Shown here piece by piece: positions 60,315-64,000 of a DNA stretch of 64,000 bases. Each line of letters starts with the position of its first letter. Within the stretch, counting starts at the first letter, position 1. A program made the position numbers and the translations under genes. This DNA comes from an uncultured Thermoleophilia bacterium (GTDB taxonomy: Bacteria > Actinomycetota > Thermoleophilia > UBA2241). The stretch is taken from assembly GCA_963702475.1 (NCBI GenBank), contig CAVPCT010000006.1, positions 32,001-96,000 of the forward strand, read 5' to 3'. The notes under the pieces were generated by a model. It saw only the letters and a program-made list of their open reading frames with translations, searched no databases and was not told the origin of the DNA.

Positions 60315-61447
60315 AGGTGAAGCAGGTCGGCGTACACGCCGTAGGCCGTCTGGGGCAGGAGGGCGTTGCGCTCGCAGACGACCACGTCGCCCATGAGGTC
60401 GGTGTGCAGCACCACGCCGAGCGACTCGCCGGTGAGGGGAGCCAGCGGGTGGTCGATGTCGAGCTCTTCGGCACGGACGCAGGCGCGCACGGGGCCAACG
60501 GGCGTGGTCTCGGCGGCGCCGGCGGGCGAAGCCGGCCCGGCCTCATCCCTCCACACGTGCGTCACCATCCGCAGCCGGCGCCCGGCGGCGCGCGCCGCCG
60601 CCATCCTCGCCGCCGGTACCTCGCGCAGGCGCTGCCGCTCCACCTGCGCGGGCGTGATTCCGGCGTCCATGGCGACGTTCGCGAGGGCGGCCGCCTTGCA
60701 CGCCGCGTCCCAGCCGTCCACATCGTGGGCCGGGTCGGCCTCGGCGTATCCCTCCGCCTGGGCGTGCGCCAGCGCCGCCTCGAACGAGCCTCCCGCGGCC
60801 ATGCTCTCGACGATCACGTTGGTCGTGGCGTTGAACACGGCCTCGAACCCCAGGAGACGGCAGTCCGGCAGAACGAGCTCGAGCAGACTGAAGACCGGCA
60901 GACCGTCCATCACGGTGCTCTCGAAACGCAGGCGGCGGCCCGCGGCGAGCGCCGCCGCCGAGACGCGCCGCCAGTTCCAGGCGATCGGCCCCTTGTTGGC
61001 GGTCACCACATCCATGCCGAGGGCGAACGCTGTCTCGATGTGTCCTGAGGCCGCCGGCGCGAAGTCCTGCTCCATCACCGTGAGCTCGATCAGCACGTCG
61101 GCGCGGGAGGAGGCGAGCAGATCGCCGGCGGCGCGCGGCGGGCTCGGCAGGCCTCCGTCCGCGGCGGCGAGCACGTCCTGCGACGGCACGCCGCCGGGCG
61201 CGACGAACGTTCCGTGCCGCGTTCCGGCTGCGGTCACCAGCACCCGCAGGCCGTGCCGCTCGGCCAGCACCTGTTCCTGGCGCGCGAGCAGCTCGCAGAA
61301 CGCGCGCGCCACACTGCCGAAGCCGAGCAGGCAGAGGCGTACGTCGCGGACGGGGGCAGGGTCGCATGACCACTGCGACTCGCGGTCGCCTGCAGCGCTA
61401 TGCCCCGGCGGTGCGGCCCCCGGCCCCGGACCGCCCGCCTCGCTCAT
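60299..61447 (-). CDS. Homoserine dehydrogenase
   Basis: GFGSVA, VVTANKG, FESTVMDGLP, NATTN, GYAEADP.HDVDG.DAA.K. Confidence 0.88.
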   Translation of the reverse strand: MSEAGGPGPGAAPPGHSAAGDRESQWSCDPAPVRDVRLCLLGFGSVARAFCELLARQEQVLAERHGLRVLVTAAGTRHGTFVAPGGVPSQDVLAAADGGLPSPPRAAGDLLASSRADVLIELTVMEQDFAPAASGHIETAFALGMDVVTANKGPIAWNWRRVSAAALAAGRRLRFESTVMDGLPVFSLLELVLPDCRLLGFEAVFNATTNVIVESMAAGGSFEAALAHAQAEGYAEADPAHDVDGWDAACKAAALANVAMDAGITPAQVERQRLREVPAARMAAARAAGRRLRMVTHVWRDEAGPASPAGAAETTPVGPVRACVRAEELDIDHPLAPLTGESLGVVLHTDLMGDVVVCERNALLPQTAYGVYADLLHLCRTS

Positions 61448-62714
61448 CTCACCGAGCGCGAGAGCTCGCCCACGGCGGTCACGAGGCGCTCGATCTCGGC
61501 GGCCGTGTTGTACGGGGCGAGGCCTATGCGGATGAGGCCGCCGCGGTCCAGCAGGTTCAGCTTCTGCACGAGGCGAAAGGCGTAGAAGTGCCCGTCCCAG
61601 GCGAAGATGCCGCGGGCGCCGAGGGCCCGGCAGGCCTGCTCGGCGCTGAAGCCGTCCAGCGTGAACGAGACGGTGGATGTGCGCGGGCTCGCCTCCGGCG
61701 GCCCGTACAGCGTGACGCCGGGCACGGCCCGGAGCTGCTCGCGCAGCCGGGCCGCCAGGGGCTGCTCGTACGCCTCCGCCGCCAGCATGCCGGCCACGAT
61801 GTCGCGCCGCCGCCCGCTCAGGCCGGCCGGCACTCTGTCTTGCACGAAGCGCCGTTGCGAGCTCCCACGGCGGCGATGAAGTCGACGGCCGCCGCCGTGC
61901 CGGCGATGCCCTCGTGGTCGAGCGTGCCCGTCTCCCAGATGTACGGCTGCTCCTGCTCCTGCGTGGCCAGACGCACCGGTTCCACGCGGTCGGTCACGGC
62001 TCGGCGCGCGTAGAGCACGCCCACGTGCGGCCCGAAGAACTTGTAGGCGGAGCAGAGCAGGAAGTCGCAGTCGATCGCGCGCACGTCGATCGGGCCGTGC
62101 AGCGCGTAGTGCACCGCGTCGATCACGCTGAAGGCGCCGGCGGAGCGTGCGAGGCGCGCGGCACGAGCCACGTCGTTGACGGTGCCCACGGCGTTGGAGG
62201 CGTACCCGACGGCGACGATCATGGTCTTGCCGGGCCTCACGATCCGCTCGAAGGCGTCCCAGTCGAGCGTGCAGGTGGCGAGGTCGACGGGGACCTCGTG
62301 GATCACGACGTCCCGCTCGGCGAGCCGCAGCCACGGACCCCGGTTGGCTTCGTGGTCGAGTGCCGTGATGACCACCTCGTCGCCGGACTTGAGCTCGCGG
62401 CCGAGGGCGTCCGCGAGGAGGAAGTTGAGCGTGGTCATGTTTGCGCCGAAGCTGACCTCGCTCCAGTCGCAGCCCAGGAAGTCGCCGCAGGCGCGGCGGG
62501 CGCCGTCGATGATCTCGTCGGTCTCGGCGCTGGCGGCGAAGCAGCCGTGCACGTTGCTGTTGTGGCCGAGCAGGTAGCCGGCCACCGCGTCTGCCACGCA
62601 CTGGGGCGTCTGCGTGCCGCCGGGGGCGTCGAAGTAGGCCACGGGGTGGCCGTCGACCGTCCTCTTGAGGGCCGGGAACTGCCTGCGCACGTAGGCGACG
62701 TCGAACTGCGGCAT
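61444..62714 (-). pseudogene. Cysteine desulfurase-like class V PLP enzyme with a frameshift at ~61855
   Basis: FDAPGGTQ, LDHEAN, DAVH, CSAYKFFGPH, ETGT; C-terminus RIGLAPYN in another frame. Confidence 0.85.
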
Positions 62715-62819
62715 GCTCACCTCTCGGACTCATCCGGGCCCCGCTCCGGTCGCGGCCCTGCCGTCAAGTGTACTCCGCCGTCGTGCAGGACGAGGCCGGA
62801 TAGGGCAGGATGGTAGGGC

Positions 62820-64000
62820 ATGGCCCGTCCGCACGACATCCGCCTCGCGCTCGACCGCGACTTCGCGGTCCTCTGCCTCGAGTGGGACGGCACGGCCGTG
62901 ACCGACCTGCGTGCTCGTGAGGGAGCCTTGCGCGGCCGGCTCGAGCGTCTCACCGCGCTGGGCGTCGACATCGCCGTCATCAGCGACCGCGCTCTCGGGG
63001 ACGTGGACGAGCGACTCCGCGCGCGCCCCGACGTGGAGGGCCGCCTGTTCCTGTTCCTCTCGCGCGGCTCCGAGGTGTACGTGGTGGGCCCCACAGGTCC
63101 GCGCCTGCTGCAGCGGCGCCAGGCCACGCCTGACGAGGAGCAACGGCTGGACGAGGCCGCCGAGCAGCTGCGTGCCCGGCTCGCCGTCGGCGGTATGAAG
63201 GCGGACGTCGTTCGTCTTCTCAACCGTCGCGAGGTTGACCTGGTCCCGCTCGCCTCGGACCCCTCGCGTGCCGGCGCCCTGGCGATGCGTCAGCACGTCG
63301 AGACCACGCTCGAGCGCGCCGGCGTCCACGGCCTCGCCGAGGCGGTGGAGCTGGCCCGGCTGTACGCCGAGGAGGCGGGTCTTCCCCACGCCCGCGTAGG
63401 CACGGACGTCAAGCACGTGGTGATCGGCCTGACCGACAAGAGCGACGCCGCTCGAGAGGTGCTGCGGGCGCTGGTCGACGACCGCGGCCGCGGGCCCGAG
63501 GACCTCCTCGTCCTCGGTGACGAGCTCGGGCCTGCCGCCGGCCCGGACGCCGGCGACGGGTTCACCCTCGTGCCGGAGCTGCGGCGCGCGGTCGTGGTGT
63601 CCGTCGGGCCCGAAGCGGCCGAAACGCCGCCGGTGCTTGCCCTCGGCGGCGGCCCAGACGAGGTCCTCGCGGTCCTGGACGACCAGATCTCGCGCCGCGA
63701 GAAGGTCGCGCTGCGGCAGTTCCCTGTGCCCAGCGACGACCCCGCCTGGCGCTTCGAGGTCAAGGGCTTCGACCCGTTCCGCGAGCGCGAGGTCGAGACG
63801 TGGCTCACGGTGGCCAACGGCGAGAGCGGCACCCGTGGAGCCGTCGAGGAGGGCTCAGCCGTCAGCACGCCGGCCACCTTGGTCGCCGGCGTGTACGGCG
63901 ACGGCACCGACGACCCGCCGTTCCGCCAGCCGGTACCGGCCCCCGACTGGACCGGCCTGCGGCTCAAGGTGGACGGCCGCCTCATCAACCTCTCCACCGG
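62820..64000 (+). CDS. HAD-like domain fused to a glycoside hydrolase family 65 N-terminus, 3' partial
   Basis: Open frame to the window end: LEWDGT, IGLTDKSD, VLGDE, then ETWLTVANG..GTRG..EEG, AGVY. Confidence 0.78.
   Translation, partial: MARPHDIRLALDRDFAVLCLEWDGTAVTDLRAREGALRGRLERLTALGVDIAVISDRALGDVDERLRARPDVEGRLFLFLSRGSEVYVVGPTGPRLLQRRQATPDEEQRLDEAAEQLRARLAVGGMKADVVRLLNRREVDLVPLASDPSRAGALAMRQHVETTLERAGVHGLAEAVELARLYAEEAGLPHARVGTDVKHVVIGLTDKSDAAREVLRALVDDRGRGPEDLLVLGDELGPAAGPDAGDGFTLVPELRRAVVVSVGPEAAETPPVLALGGGPDEVLAVLDDQISRREKVALRQFPVPSDDPAWRFEVKGFDPFREREVETWLTVANGESGTRGAVEEGSAVSTPATLVAGVYGDGTDDPPFRQPVPAPDWTGLRLKVDGRLINLST

Noticed and set aside
1-64000. CRISPR arrays, rRNA, tRNA, known riboswitches, selenocysteine codons
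   Set aside because: No periodic repeats, cloverleafs, recognisable aptamer cores or conserved in-frame TGA seen by eye; an Rfam/tRNAscan run would confirm

Overview
GC-rich bacterial chromosomal window. GC3-rich coding, leaderless TAnnnT promoters and anaerobic metalloenzymes suggest an anaerobic or facultative Actinomycetota such as Thermoleophilia (inference). It is almost entirely catabolic. (1) 1-17 kb, amine/amino-acid utilisation: a GlnA4-like gamma-glutamylation operon with an M20 hydrolase, an atypical carbamoyltransferase with two amidases, a TIGR00300 ornithine cyclodeaminase-like protein and a non-pyrrolysine MttB methyltransferase. (2) 18-31 kb: a flavodiiron protein, EamA transporters and a GntR-associated branched-chain amino acid fermentation operon. 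That operon's 2-oxoacid oxidoreductase carries a GltD-like NAD(P) module on the gamma subunit and an IlvH-like ACT domain on the beta subunit. (3) A ~26 kb mosaic island (~32.1-58.5 kb) bounded by truncated livH and xdh-FAD remnants. It holds a corrinoid protein plus URO-D-family methyltransferase, a GH78 rhamnosidase and rhamnose catabolism, Liv-type ABC genes, an IS630, a divergent Mo-hydroxylase whose FAD subunit has a whole GltD-like module nested inside it, an AOR and a class II aldolase. (4) 58.8-64 kb: homoserine dehydrogenase, a cysteine desulfurase-like gene and a partial HAD-GH65 fusion. About nine single-base frameshifts may be decay or assembly errors. No rRNA, tRNA or CRISPR array was seen.
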